From Thermoplasmata archaeon (lineage in GTDB: Archaea; Thermoplasmatota; Thermoplasmata; Lutacidiplasmatales; UBA184): DNA of 64,000 nucleotides. The stretch's first letter is position 1. Every line of letters starts with the position of its first letter. Positions 27,600 through 37,710 of the stretch are shown in pieces. Location: NCBI GenBank assembly GCA_021816865.1, contig JAKAWX010000003.1, positions 34,681 through 98,680 of the forward strand, read 5' to 3'. The notes beneath the pieces are model-generated. The model had not been told where the DNA came from and made no database searches. It was given only the letters and a program-made list of their open reading frames with translations. A program made the translations under genes and the position numbers.

Positions 27600-28934
27600 C
27601 CTCTTGAGCCGGTGCAGTCGATCGATCTCGTTCTTCCGTCGCCGACAATCGCCACGGTTCGGGCCTTCGACCCGGCCTCGGAAGCGGCACTTCCTCGCGC
27701 GGTGGTCGCCTCGCGGCGAGCGCCTCGATAACTCGGTCCTGCCTGAGCTCTCCGAGAGCGTCTATCTCGGCCCTGGAGCACCCTCTTTCCGATAGCAGTA
27801 CCCGGAGCAGCGGCCCGTAATCTACGACCCGTTCGCAGAGAGCCAAAACTCGAAGGAACCGATCCGCCGCTTTCGCGTAGGCTTCGCGATCCTGTTCCTC
27901 GGGGTCCGTTCTCAGCCTCGACTTCCCGATGTTGTACCGGCGCGCGATGTCGACCGCATGACCGAGAACGAGTTCGCGAACGTCTCGCGACAGAAGCCCC
28001 GCGTTTTCGGCGGGCATGAGCTGGGAGCCGGCGAAAGAACGAAGGACGTACGGACGCCACCGGACCCTCGCGGGAACGACCTTCTCGAAGGCGAGCCGGA
28101 TCGTGTCGGCGAGTCCGCCCTCGGAAACGAATGCGACACCGTCCTTCGCCCTACGAAGATGAACGGCCGAAGTCTTCGGTTCCGGCGAGAACACCGCGGA
28201 GTCGGGCCCGAGCTTCTCGCCGCGTCGGACCCGCTCTCGGAGGTAGATGCATAGCTCGGTGTCGGCCTCTTCGGTCCCGAAGCTGAAGCATGCGTTACCC
28301 CCTTACTCAGGTCGCTCGGAATCTCTACCTTGAAGGGGAAACGGTCGAAGTGCGGCTCCGGGTCTAGCTTGAGCCCCGGGGGATTCCGGAGACGAGGGCC
28401 ATTCTCCGAGAACCGAGCACCGAGGGCGCCGATTCGGATTCCGCTCGTTGCGAGGAAGGGGCCCAAGGCACGAACCCTCGGTACTGGCGACCGGTCGAGT
28501 ACGGCGCGAAGCTGTTCCGGGGTCGGGACGATCCCGCTGACGAGGGTTTCGGCGGACCGAATCCTGAACTTGGGGGCCCACGCCGGCGCCGCCTCCTCGT
28601 GCTTCAGGAACGAACGGATTGCGGCCCAACTCGCCGCGATGTACGCCTCCGGCCGCCCTGCCTTCCGTTCCGTATCGATCCAAGTGATCACGGCGTCCTC
28701 GAACTCCCGGGGCTTATGGGATGACTGGTCCCGGCCGAGCTCCAGGAGTTCTCCGACGTCCAAGCTGGCCCGACGGAGGAACAGTTCGAGTTGAGAGAAC
28801 TGGGTGTGCGCGGTGCGTTCCGAACGCCTAGACTTAAACCACCGTTTGACTCGGGGGTCCGCTAGGAGGACCTCCTTGCGCTCGGCTACCGAACCCGGTG
28901 CACGCGTCAATTGAGGGTAGAGTGTCCCGACCAT
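27600..28934 (-). pseudogene. Thermoplasmatales-type tyrosine recombinase/integrase, frameshifted
   Basis: LL.DP.V.RW N-terminus, SGIRIG (R), LSKG (K); frameshift in the G5 run at 28298-28302 continues GNACFSFGTEE..YLRER..GEKL; WRPYVLRSF, LGH.VDIARRY; 3' end approximate. Confidence 0.85.
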
Positions 28935-28957
28935 ACGCAGTATTGTGGAGCACGAAC

Positions 28958-29032
28958 GGGCCCATAGCTTAGTTTGGCTGGAGCACCCGGCTGATAACCG
29001 GGAGGTCGTCGGTTCAAATCCGACTGGGCCCA
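28958..29032 (+). tRNA. tRNA-Ile (anticodon GAU), no encoded CCA
   Basis: Acceptor GGGCCCA/TGGGCCC, D stem GCTT/GAGC, anticodon arm CCCGG-CTGATAA-CCGGG, T arm GTCGG-TTCAAAT-CCGAC. Confidence 0.97.
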
Positions 29033-30321
29033 TCTCACGTCATCCTGTTCTCACGGCTCCTTCGACTCCCGTTGCCGTGGACGTTCGGTTGCGTCGGCGA
29101 GGGACGAGTAAGGAACGGGGTTCGCTCGGTCGACCCTGCCTTTAGACCACACCAGCTACTTCCGGCCGTGACCATCGGTTCCGATCCCTCCCCGAGCGAT
29201 GATCACACGCACCCGATCCCCAACGGGGCGAAGAGATGCCCGAGGTCGCCGGGGTGCGTACGGTCGTCCCCGGGGTCCGGGCTGGTGGGGTCCTAGCTCG
29301 AGGACATCAAGTCTTACTCCGGCCACCGAGACACCCCCGCTACGGCGCGGGCCGGTCGAGCCGTTCTCGGTGCCGCCAGCGTTTCGTCCCACCCTTTCGA
29401 CGAGAAAGTGCGACCGGGTCCCGTCGTCGGTCGCACCGGCCGGACGGTTGGCGGCCTCGGGAGAGTGGGCCAATCCGGATTCCCCCCGTACTTTCGGGTG
29501 CGCTCGTCTGCGCACGCTCCGTGGGACATCGTCGCCTATTGCCAAGGCAGAAGACTGCCGCTGAGGGGGGCGACAAGTACGATCTTGGCCACCGCACTGG
29601 GTGCCCCCTCGACCCCGATGGACGTCAGAGGGGACGACGGGCGTATCTTGGCGACCGCCTCGAACCGGCCGTCCGTGGCGTGGGTCGTTGGTCTAGAGCC
29701 GGGATCTTTGGACAGGGAGGAACGGTCCAGCGGGGCCGTTGCGACGCTCGAATAGCGGGCGGTGCTCGGGACCGGGCTCCCGTATTTCGCGAGTCGACGG
29801 CGGGCTCCGCGGAGGACGGAACCACGACAAACCGCCGAGATCTTCTCCGCGCCGTACGCTCTGTGTCCGGGTCATTCGAGTCCCGACGGAAGGTTGAGCG
29901 AGCTCGTGTCGCCGTGCGGGGAACGGGGGGGCGTGGGAGGACCCTCTCGGCACGAAAAGCCGGCCGGGCTCGTCAAGTTACGTACGAACGGTCCGGGAAG
30001 GCGAAGGCCCTCCGGACGCGGGTCCCGCGTGGTTCGAATGGCGAAGCACGCGGGTTCCTCCGTGAAGGCGGCTCGCGGTCGGTCTGCGTTCGACGAACCC
30101 CGACCGTGCAGAACTCCTGCTGCGCGAAACGGCTCGGCCGCCGTCAAGACCTTCCGAGCCGTCGGAAGGCACTCTGTTTCTCCGACTCCTCAAGCACGCT
30201 CGTGAGCTCGAGCGAGTTTAGTTCGTCGGCGCAATCAGTAACCTTACCCCACGGCGCCTGATCGGGGTCGGAGCCGAGCCTGTGACGTCGGAGGCCACTC
30301 TTTACCGTAGTCGACCGAACC

Positions 30322-30711
30322 TCAAGCAGGCGGGACAAAGAATTCGATCCAGATCCCGTTGGGGTCCTGAATGTAAGCCCAGCGGTGTGCAGGGTCTTTC
30401 AACTCAAGATGAGCCGGGTATCCTGCCTTCGTCACCTCGGCAAGTACCGCGTCCAAGTCCTTCACCTCGAATCCGAGGTGGTCGAGCCCCTCACCAACCT
30501 CATACTTTGTATCGAACCGGTTCCCCGGGGGGTAGTAGTTCAGCTCGAGTAGGTGTCCGCTGCTCCCCAAGGCAAGGAGCACGACCTCCCCTCGCGTGGT
30601 GGCTTGCGTGAACCGATCCACTTCTTTCATGCCCAGGACACTCGTGTAGAACTTGACCGACGCTTCCAAGTCCTTCACTCGAATGCCCGTGTACCCGAAC
30701 GCAGCTTGCAT
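30322..30711 (-). CDS. VOC/glyoxalase family protein (lactoylglutathione lyase-like)
   Basis: YTGIRVKDLEASVKFY..VLGM, LELNYY, LDHLGFEV.D, QDPNGIWIE; CTTATA box at 30743-30748. Confidence 0.9.
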   Translation of the reverse strand: MQAAFGYTGIRVKDLEASVKFYTSVLGMKEVDRFTQATTRGEVVLLALGSSGHLLELNYYPPGNRFDTKYEVGEGLDHLGFEVKDLDAVLAEVTKAGYPAHLELKDPAHRWAYIQDPNGIWIEFFVPPA

Positions 30712-31220
30712 CTGTCCGCCCCGGCCCGGATTCGCGTTGGGGTATAAGTTTCCCAACTAAGTCAAAGATCGGTGTTCAGGTGGCCTCGTAGACAACGGAC
30801 GCCTTAATCGAACCGACATCCCGAGCTGTCTTCGATAGGACTGGCGATGCGTTCCAGTGACGCAAGGTCGTGTGGGTGAATCGTGGGTGACAACTCCCGC
30901 TCCCGTGGAACGGCCCCTGGGCGAATCACTCCCGCATCGCTCGACCCCCTTGATGCGGTCGTGCGGTCGGCGAGGAGTGTGCCCGATCGCCGACCGTGGA
31001 CTCGAAGCACCGACCTGGTCGATCCCAGGCTCCGAAGAGTTGGCTCCACGCTCCGAAGGCGGTTGCCGGCGGCGAAGCCTCCCGAAGGGTTGGAGGCTCG
31101 GCTCGTGCAAAGGTAGATAGCCCGGAGTCCCATCGTCAAAAAAAGCGGGGTGGCGGGGGCCCGGACGGTCAGCGAGAACGACAGTTTCGCGGACCGCCGA
31201 TACTCCCGAACGAGGGGCAA

Positions 31221-32096
31221 ATGCCAAGGGAAGTCCTTGTGGTCGGTGCGACCGGAACTCTGGGCGGGATGATCTCACGGCGGCTGCTGGACCAACGACG
31301 AGCGGTCCGGATACTGGCCCGGGGTGGTTCGGCCTACCAGCCCCTCGAGGACGCAGGGGCAGAGGTCGCGAAAGGCGACCTGAAGCAGCGGTCCTCGCTC
31401 GACGAGGCTTGCAAGGGCGTCTCCACCGTTGTCACCACCGCCAACTCGGCCCTGAGGGGCCCGCCCGATACGGTTGAGTCGGTCGACCTCGCCGGCAATC
31501 GGAACCTCATCGACGCGGCGAGAGGCGCCGGAGTTCGGCAATTCGTTTTTGTCTCGGCACTCGGCGCGGACCCGCAAAGCCCCGTGCCGTTTATGCAAGC
31601 GAAAGCTCGCACCGAGGCATACCTAAAGGAATCCGGCATCCCCTATACCATTGTCTCGCCGAATCTCTACATGGAGGTCTGGATCGGGATGGTGGTCAGT
31701 GCGGCCCTGCAAGCCGGCCGCGCGGTCACGCTCGTCGGGGAGGGCCGCCGAAGACATTCCTTCATTTCGATGCAGGATGTGGCGAAGTTCGTCACGGCTT
31801 CGATCGATAACCCGGCCGCGATGAACCGGCAGCTGGTGCTCGGCGGGCCCCAGGCCGTCTCGTGGCGGGAGATCCTCGCAACCTTCGAGCGGGTACGGGG
31901 CGCTCGGGTCACCTCCCATTGGGTCGCGCCGGGCACCGAGATCGCTGGCCTGCCTCCGGTGATGGTCGCGATGCTGGGGACGCTCGAGACCTACGACTCC
32001 CCTGTGGAGTCCGACAAGCTCGCGAAGGAGTACGCCGTTTCCCTCACTTCCGTGGAGCAGTTCGCGCGGTCGGCCGCACCGCCGGGCGGGAAGTAG
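31221..32096 (+). CDS. NmrA-like/atypical SDR NAD(P)-binding protein
   Basis: VLVVGATGTLG, GDL, GNRNLIDAA..AGV, FVSA, SFISMQDVA; GAGGGG RBS. Confidence 0.9.
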   Translation: MPREVLVVGATGTLGGMISRRLLDQRRAVRILARGGSAYQPLEDAGAEVAKGDLKQRSSLDEACKGVSTVVTTANSALRGPPDTVESVDLAGNRNLIDAARGAGVRQFVFVSALGADPQSPVPFMQAKARTEAYLKESGIPYTIVSPNLYMEVWIGMVVSAALQAGRAVTLVGEGRRRHSFISMQDVAKFVTASIDNPAAMNRQLVLGGPQAVSWREILATFERVRGARVTSHWVAPGTEIAGLPPVMVAMLGTLETYDSPVESDKLAKEYAVSLTSVEQFARSAAPPGGK

Positions 32097-32531
32097 CCGC
32101 CACGATCTCGGGACCGGGGAAAGGGGGCGCTGGCGGTCGGACCGCCCCGGCGACATTACGAGAGATGGGGGACGGCGGCATCCGACACGGACTCGGTCGT
32201 TCGTTCGCCGGCCAAGTCGGGCGGTGCGCGCCGCCGCTCGAGCAACTCTCGAGCTCGTGCGGAGGCGGGGCCGGTTCTTTTCTGTCGATAAGAGCGGTCC
32301 CTACTCCGTTCCCGCCCCCTTCCCGTGGGGGGCGAGAGCCCGCAAACGGGCCGGGGGTCAAGGACCATGAACGGTCGAACTCGCCAGGGTTTCCGATGGA
32401 TACCCAGATTCGTACGGCGCGACCCTCATGGAAGCGGCAGACGCACTCGTCCGGCTTCTCGGTCGGTCGTCCGGGGGCTTCGCCGGAGGGACCCGTTACG
32501 GTACGGCGGCAGGTTTATCCGCGGTACGACG

Positions 32532-33608
32532 ATGCCGGAAGAGGTACTGTGGGTTGATCCCTTGATCGGGACCCATCGACGCCGTAGCCGTTGCGCCCGT
32601 ATCCTGCCGGTGGCCATCGTGGTGCTGGCGATCGTGTCGACCATCGGCTGGGCCGCCATCACGCGCCCGAGCCAAGGGCTGGCGGCCAGTGATCGAGCAC
32701 CGCTCCTCTCCGGCCTTTCGACGGGAGTCCCCGCCCGGATCACCAGCTGTTCGGTGGGAGGAAGTCCCAGCCAGGTCGCGTACGACCCCTTGAACCATTA
32801 CCTCTACGTCGCGGCCGGGAGCTCGATTTCGATCGTCTCGAGTCCCTGCCACGTGGTCGCGACTATCTTCGGTGTCGGCACGGACTTTGATGGCGTCGGG
32901 TACGACCCTCACACGAAGTCGGTGCTCGTCTCCGAGTACAATTCGGGCCAGCTCTTCGTGGTCTCCGGAACCTCGGTGGTCGGCTCGTTCGGGGGGAGTT
33001 TCTGTTCCCCGGGTCCGATGGCCTGGGATTCTGCCGCCGATGCGATGCTCGTGGTCGATTATTGTGGAGAGATCGATGAGGTCTTCGGCACGTTCCCCTC
33101 TGCGACCACCTCGTTCGGGGAATGCGCTCCCGTCGCCATCGCGGTGGCCGCGTCGTACGTGTGGGTCTCGGACGATTGCGGCGCCCCGTACTCGGTCGAT
33201 GTGTTCAACGCCTCAACCTTCCTCGGGGTCGGCGCGTTCTCCCTTCCGACGGCACCGTCAGGATTGGGTTGGGACCCGGTGAACCACACGGTCCTGGTCG
33301 GCAGCCTGTTCACGCATCTGATGTACGTCCTTTACCCCGCGACGGTGGCGACGCATGGCTTCCAGAACACCACTTTTCCCCTCGGGACCTTGCTGGGAAC
33401 GGGCGGTGTGACCTACTCTCCGTCCTCGCACTTCATGTACGTGACGGGGCGGATCGGAAACTACCTGTGGACCGTTTCCGCCTCGGGGATCGTTCGCCAC
33501 GTTGAGCTGGGGTCCGGCGCCGACGGCACGCTGATGGTCTACGACCCGTCCAACCACTACGTCTACATCTGCGGTTCGGGTACCGGCCGGCTCTACGTCG
33601 TGTCTTGA
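32532..33608 (+). CDS. Secreted/membrane-anchored YncE/YVTN-type beta-propeller protein
   Basis: Signal/TM ILPVAIVVLAIV; repeats (Y/W)DP.NH.(L/V)YV; start uncertain. Confidence 0.8.
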   Translation: MPEEVLWVDPLIGTHRRRSRCARILPVAIVVLAIVSTIGWAAITRPSQGLAASDRAPLLSGLSTGVPARITSCSVGGSPSQVAYDPLNHYLYVAAGSSISIVSSPCHVVATIFGVGTDFDGVGYDPHTKSVLVSEYNSGQLFVVSGTSVVGSFGGSFCSPGPMAWDSAADAMLVVDYCGEIDEVFGTFPSATTSFGECAPVAIAVAASYVWVSDDCGAPYSVDVFNASTFLGVGAFSLPTAPSGLGWDPVNHTVLVGSLFTHLMYVLYPATVATHGFQNTTFPLGTLLGTGGVTYSPSSHFMYVTGRIGNYLWTVSASGIVRHVELGSGADGTLMVYDPSNHYVYICGSGTGRLYVVS

Positions 33609-34019
33609 CCCGCGGAGCAGTCTCCGATCCGGCGATCCGGGTCACGAAGCTCACCGTTCGCGGTGAGGCCGAACGAGGATCGGGCCGTCCCCGTTCCGAG
33701 CGCCGCGCAGCTCGAAGCTCCGTGCCGGTCGCGGCCGGACGGCGCCGGCGCTCCCGCGGCCTCGGCCCAAGCATTGGACCGGGAAGGCTTCCGGGTCGCG
33801 GCTCGCTCGACGTCGACGGGCGTCCGCCGACCCCTTCCGGGTGGGCCGGCTCCTGAGCCCGACGGCTCCCGCTCGGCCCGGATCCCGTACGGTGCCGGTT
33901 CGGCCGGCTCGCGGGCCCAACTCCGAGGACCCGCGCGCGGTCGAACACGGCGCTTAAGTCGGGAATACCGTTAGCGCTTCGAGGGGGTCGAAACGGAGGG
34001 GTCCGCGGGGGGCGACGGT

Positions 34020-35651
34020 GTGCCCCGAGGACCGCGGGCTCCTCCCCCGGAGCTCGCGGAACTTCCCCCTCGCGGTCTCACGTGGGTCTACGCGAGCAGT
34101 ACGGTGTTCTTCGTCACCGGCGGTATCTTCTATCTCTATCTCGCGCACGTCCTCGCCCCCGACGATCTCGGTACGGTCGTCGTCCTATCGGCCGTGGCCC
34201 TGATCGCCAGCACGGCGGCGGTCCTCGGCCTGGGGGCCGGCTTTCAGCATTTCCTTGCGTTCTACCTGGGGCGGGGGGACGGCGACCGCCTGCGGAACCT
34301 CGTATCGTCCGCTCTGGCGACGGCCGCCGTCCTCGCGGTCGTCGCTGCGGTCGCGGTCGCCTCGGCCTCTTGGCCCCTGAGCGTCTTCTTCTTCCACACG
34401 CCCCGGTTCGCGCTGACGATCGAGCTCCTCGGATTGTACTCGGGTCTCGCGACCGCCGCTACGATCCTGCAATCGGTGCTGCTGGGGCTCCAGCGGTTCG
34501 CCGTGTACGCGCGCGTGTACATGGCGGCCAGCATCGCAACGTACGGGCTCCCGGTCCTCCTCCTCCAGTTCGTCCCGGGCGTGGTGACGATCGTGGTCGG
34601 CTGGACGGCGGGCTCGGCGATCGGCCTCCTGCTTTGCTTGGTCGCCGTCCTTCGAGGCACCCGCCCGCTCGCTCCCCTGATGCTGGGAAGAGGCGCCCGA
34701 CTCGGGGGGGCACCGATCTCCCGCAGCCTGCTCCTCTACTCGATCCCGATCTTCGCGTCGTCCTTGATCGGCACCTCGGCGTCCTATGTGGACCGGCTGG
34801 TCCTTGCTTCGCTGACCGCGCTCTCGACCGTCGGGGTCTACAACTACGCGATCCTGATGACGACAGGAAGCATGTTCCTCGTGGGCCCGGTCGCGACCGT
34901 GCTCGTCCCGCGGATCTCGGCCATGTTCGGCCGGAGCGACCTCGACGCGATCCGCGCGGCGGGACGGACCTCGATCACCCTCGTCGTGCTGGTCTTCGTA
35001 CCGTTCGCCCTCGGACTCGCAGCGGTCGGACCGTTCGTACTCCGTCTCCTGCTCGGCAGCACGTTCGTGTCGGCGAGCGTACCGCTCGCGATGCTCCTGG
35101 TGATCAGCGCGGCCTCGATCCCGTACGTGATCCTCGTCGCCTTGGCGTCGGGGATACGGCGCACGGGCCTCCTCCTCGAGGCCTCCGCCCTCGCGCTGCT
35201 TGCGAACGTAGGCCTATCGGTGGGACTCGTACCTTCGGCCGGGATGATAGGCGCTGCCGTCGGCAATTCGGCGATGTATTGGGTTGCCCTCCTGACGGTC
35301 TACTTCGGACTGCGCGGTACCGACCTCGTGCGGTTCGACACCGCATCGATCGCCCGCATCTGGTTGGCGAGTCTTGCGATGTTCGTCACGGTTGCCCTCC
35401 CGTTGGCCCTCCTCGGGTACCGTGCGGCCTTCGTGGTGGGGTTCATCGCGGTCGGAGTCGTCGTTCTGCTGGTCTCCCTGCGCCTGGTCCGCGCCGTCCC
35501 CGCGGACGCTGTCACCGCGTTGGTCGCGCAACTCCCGAAGTGGGCGGCTTTCGTCTGCCCGCTCGTCTGCTGGGTGGCCGGATGCCACGATTGCGACCAC
35601 CCTGCCGAACTTTCGGGGGCACCGACCCGCGGCGATGCCGAAGCGAAGTGA
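34020..35651 (+). CDS. Oligosaccharide flippase (Wzx/MOP family)
   Basis: 12-14 TM segments, LAPDDLG, LGLQRF, YVDRLVL...VGVYNYA, GMIGAA. Confidence 0.87.
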   Translation: MPRGPRAPPPELAELPPRGLTWVYASSTVFFVTGGIFYLYLAHVLAPDDLGTVVVLSAVALIASTAAVLGLGAGFQHFLAFYLGRGDGDRLRNLVSSALATAAVLAVVAAVAVASASWPLSVFFFHTPRFALTIELLGLYSGLATAATILQSVLLGLQRFAVYARVYMAASIATYGLPVLLLQFVPGVVTIVVGWTAGSAIGLLLCLVAVLRGTRPLAPLMLGRGARLGGAPISRSLLLYSIPIFASSLIGTSASYVDRLVLASLTALSTVGVYNYAILMTTGSMFLVGPVATVLVPRISAMFGRSDLDAIRAAGRTSITLVVLVFVPFALGLAAVGPFVLRLLLGSTFVSASVPLAMLLVISAASIPYVILVALASGIRRTGLLLEASALALLANVGLSVGLVPSAGMIGAAVGNSAMYWVALLTVYFGLRGTDLVRFDTASIARIWLASLAMFVTVALPLALLGYRAAFVVGFIAVGVVVLLVSLRLVRAVPADAVTALVAQLPKWAAFVCPLVCWVAGCHDCDHPAELSGAPTRGDAEAK

Positions 35652-36218
35652 ATCGCGGCCACCGGGGGACCACCCGCCGGCAAGTGCGCCTCCATATCTC
35701 GCCGGCCTGCCGAGGCCACTCGTACGTGGAACGGGCTGGACGCGGCGACACCGGGCCTAGGTCGACGGAACCGAGCCGGTCGGCGATGGGTTGCCCGGGC
35801 AGAACGATCGCCCGGCCCGCCGGCGTGCCGTGGGGCCCATCGCTTGCGGCTCGAGGGGTCAACCGCCCCGTAGCCGCAACCGTGGAGCGAGTCGGTAGCG
35901 CGGCAGACTTGGCGGGGACCCGAACCGCGAGACCCGCCGACCGGTAGGGGCGAGCCGCCCCGGACCGGCACGACCCGCCCCACCGATCTGGGCACCAAGC
36001 CGGGAGGCGCGGAAGGCTCGGATCGCGTCGCCGTTCCGGACCTTGCCTCTTTCGGCCACCGCCGCCTCAGCCGGAACCGCGGGAAAATCCCTCGGCCAGG
36101 ACCCCCCGTCCGAGGTCCCCGGGGCGCCCCGACCCGGACCGCGGACGGGCCGCCGCGACCGTGCGGACCGGGACCGCGTGGACGTCTCGCGTCGCCCACG
36201 GACGGAGCCGACCCGGGT

Positions 36219-36653
36219 CTAGCCGAGGCCGATCTGTTTCATCAGGCCGACCAGGTCGTAGAAGAGCCGCTCCTCGGTGATCTCTCCCCGCTCGTTCCAG
36301 CTCGCGACCGTGCAGAACTCGACGTGGAAGCTCTTCTGGGTGGGAGAGATCACCTTCCCCCCGACGGTCATCGGACCCTTCATCGTCCCGTAGAAGTCGG
36401 CGACCGAACAGGTGTGATTCCCCTCGGCGAAGAGGATCTTGTACGGACGATTGATGAGATGGTTGTCCGGGAAGGTCTTGAAGAACTCCTGGGCCTCGGT
36501 CTCGTGGTCGTGGCGCCCCCGGGTCGGATCGGGCTGCCCGGGCCAGTAGACCGCCGTGTCCTCCGAGTGCCGTCGGCGGAAGACCGCCCAGTCCTGCGCG
36601 TTCCAGGCGTCGTCCAGCGTCTGCATGAGCTCGAGGAGCTCCTCCGTTTTCAT
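36219..36653 (-). CDS. SnoaL-like/ester cyclase (NTF2-fold) protein
   Basis: DDAWNAQDW, FFKTFPD, PTQKSFHVEFCTV, ITEERLFYD...MKQIGL. Confidence 0.88.
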   Translation of the reverse strand: MKTEELLELMQTLDDAWNAQDWAVFRRRHSEDTAVYWPGQPDPTRGRHDHETEAQEFFKTFPDNHLINRPYKILFAEGNHTCSVADFYGTMKGPMTVGGKVISPTQKSFHVEFCTVASWNERGEITEERLFYDLVGLMKQIGLG

Positions 36654-36753
36654 GCCACACCCCGTCGACCCCACGGCGAGGGAGTCTATCCGTATTCGTA
36701 CGCGAGACGCGGGAGCGCCGGGCCGTGTTGACGCTCCTAAGTAGGGGGGGAGA

Positions 36754-37710
36754 GTGCCTTTGGCCGTGACCTCCGTCTCCGTGGTCGTCACCGCCTACCG
36801 GCGCACCCAATACCTTGAGGGGGCGATCCGCACCGCCCTCGAGCAGACCTCCCCCCCCGAGGAGGTAGTGGTCGTCGAGGACAATCCCCCGTACCGTCCC
36901 CCCTCGACCGCAACGGTCGGGTCCACGAGCGTGCGACGGTTCAACCTCTCGCTGCCGAACGTCGGAGAGTCGCTTGCTTTCGGGATCGACCACGCGACCG
37001 GCGACGCCGTCTGCTTTCTGGACGACGACGACCGGTTCGAGCCCGACAAGGTCGCGCGCGCGCGACGCGTCTTCTCCGATCACCCGTCGGTCGTCTTCTT
37101 CCGGCACGCGGTGAGCTACATCGACGGGGCCGACCGCCCGATCCCGCCCCCGCACTTTCCCCAAAGGCCGTTCCCGACCGGTGAAGTGGCGCCGTCCCTG
37201 AGCGCCCTCTCCCGGGCGCAGATGTCGTCGCACGTCTCCTCGATGTCGATCCGTCGGAGCGCGTATGCGGGACAGGCCGAACTGTTGCGTCCGATCCGGG
37301 CGGCCCCGGACCACGCCCTCTACTGGCTCTCGCAGCTTCCCCGAACCCGGACCGTCTGGTACGCCCCGGAGCCGCTCGTCCGGTACCGTCGCCACCCCGG
37401 CAACATGTCCGCGCACCCGGACGAGGTCGTCCGGTACGCCGAGGCCGCCCGCTACATGCTCGAGCGTTCGCACGGGGCGCCCAGCGCGGAACGGTTCGTC
37501 CGAGGGTTCGACCGCTCGATGCGACTTCGCCTCGCCCAAGTCACGGGCCGCCGACCGACCGCTCGCGATGTGACGGCGCAGCTCTGGGATGCCCTCGTTC
37601 GCCTCTCCCCGTTCCACCTTCGCCAGTGGGCGGTGGGCCTGAGGGAGTCGATTCGACCGGGGCGTCGCGGAGCCGCTAGGTCGGCACCGGCGCCGGGCAG
37701 TACGCCTTGA
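36754..37710 (+). CDS. Glycosyltransferase family 2
   Basis: SVVVTAYRR..YL..AI, VVVED, FLDDDD, PLVRYRRH..N. Confidence 0.88.
   Translation: MPLAVTSVSVVVTAYRRTQYLEGAIRTALEQTSPPEEVVVVEDNPPYRPPSTATVGSTSVRRFNLSLPNVGESLAFGIDHATGDAVCFLDDDDRFEPDKVARARRVFSDHPSVVFFRHAVSYIDGADRPIPPPHFPQRPFPTGEVAPSLSALSRAQMSSHVSSMSIRRSAYAGQAELLRPIRAAPDHALYWLSQLPRTRTVWYAPEPLVRYRRHPGNMSAHPDEVVRYAEAARYMLERSHGAPSAERFVRGFDRSMRLRLAQVTGRRPTARDVTAQLWDALVRLSPFHLRQWAVGLRESIRPGRRGAARSAPAPGSTP

Larger units (their letters stand above)
25591..28974. mobile_element. Decayed integrative element inserted in the 5' part of tRNA-Ile
   Basis: GGGCCCAAAGCTTGGTT (25591) matches the tRNA 5' end GGGCCCATAGCTTAGTT (28958) at 15/17; integrase lies next to the tRNA. 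Confidence 0.55.

Noticed and set aside
25591..29033. SSV-type split integrase: the frame is open through the tRNA antisense and TKLWA is encoded at both att copies
   Set aside because: The family's N-terminal motif (LL.DP.V.RW) is already present downstream of the tRNA, so no intN is needed; two synonymous differences are too few to count as evidence
29582..29658. ATCTTGGC(C/G)ACCGC twice, 63 bp apart: possible CRISPR remnant
   Set aside because: Only two 14-bp copies, no further regular repeats and no cas genes
35826..35843. GGGCCCATC as a 3' tRNA att repeat bounding the downstream accessory region
   Set aside because: A 9-bp GC-rich match is expected by chance
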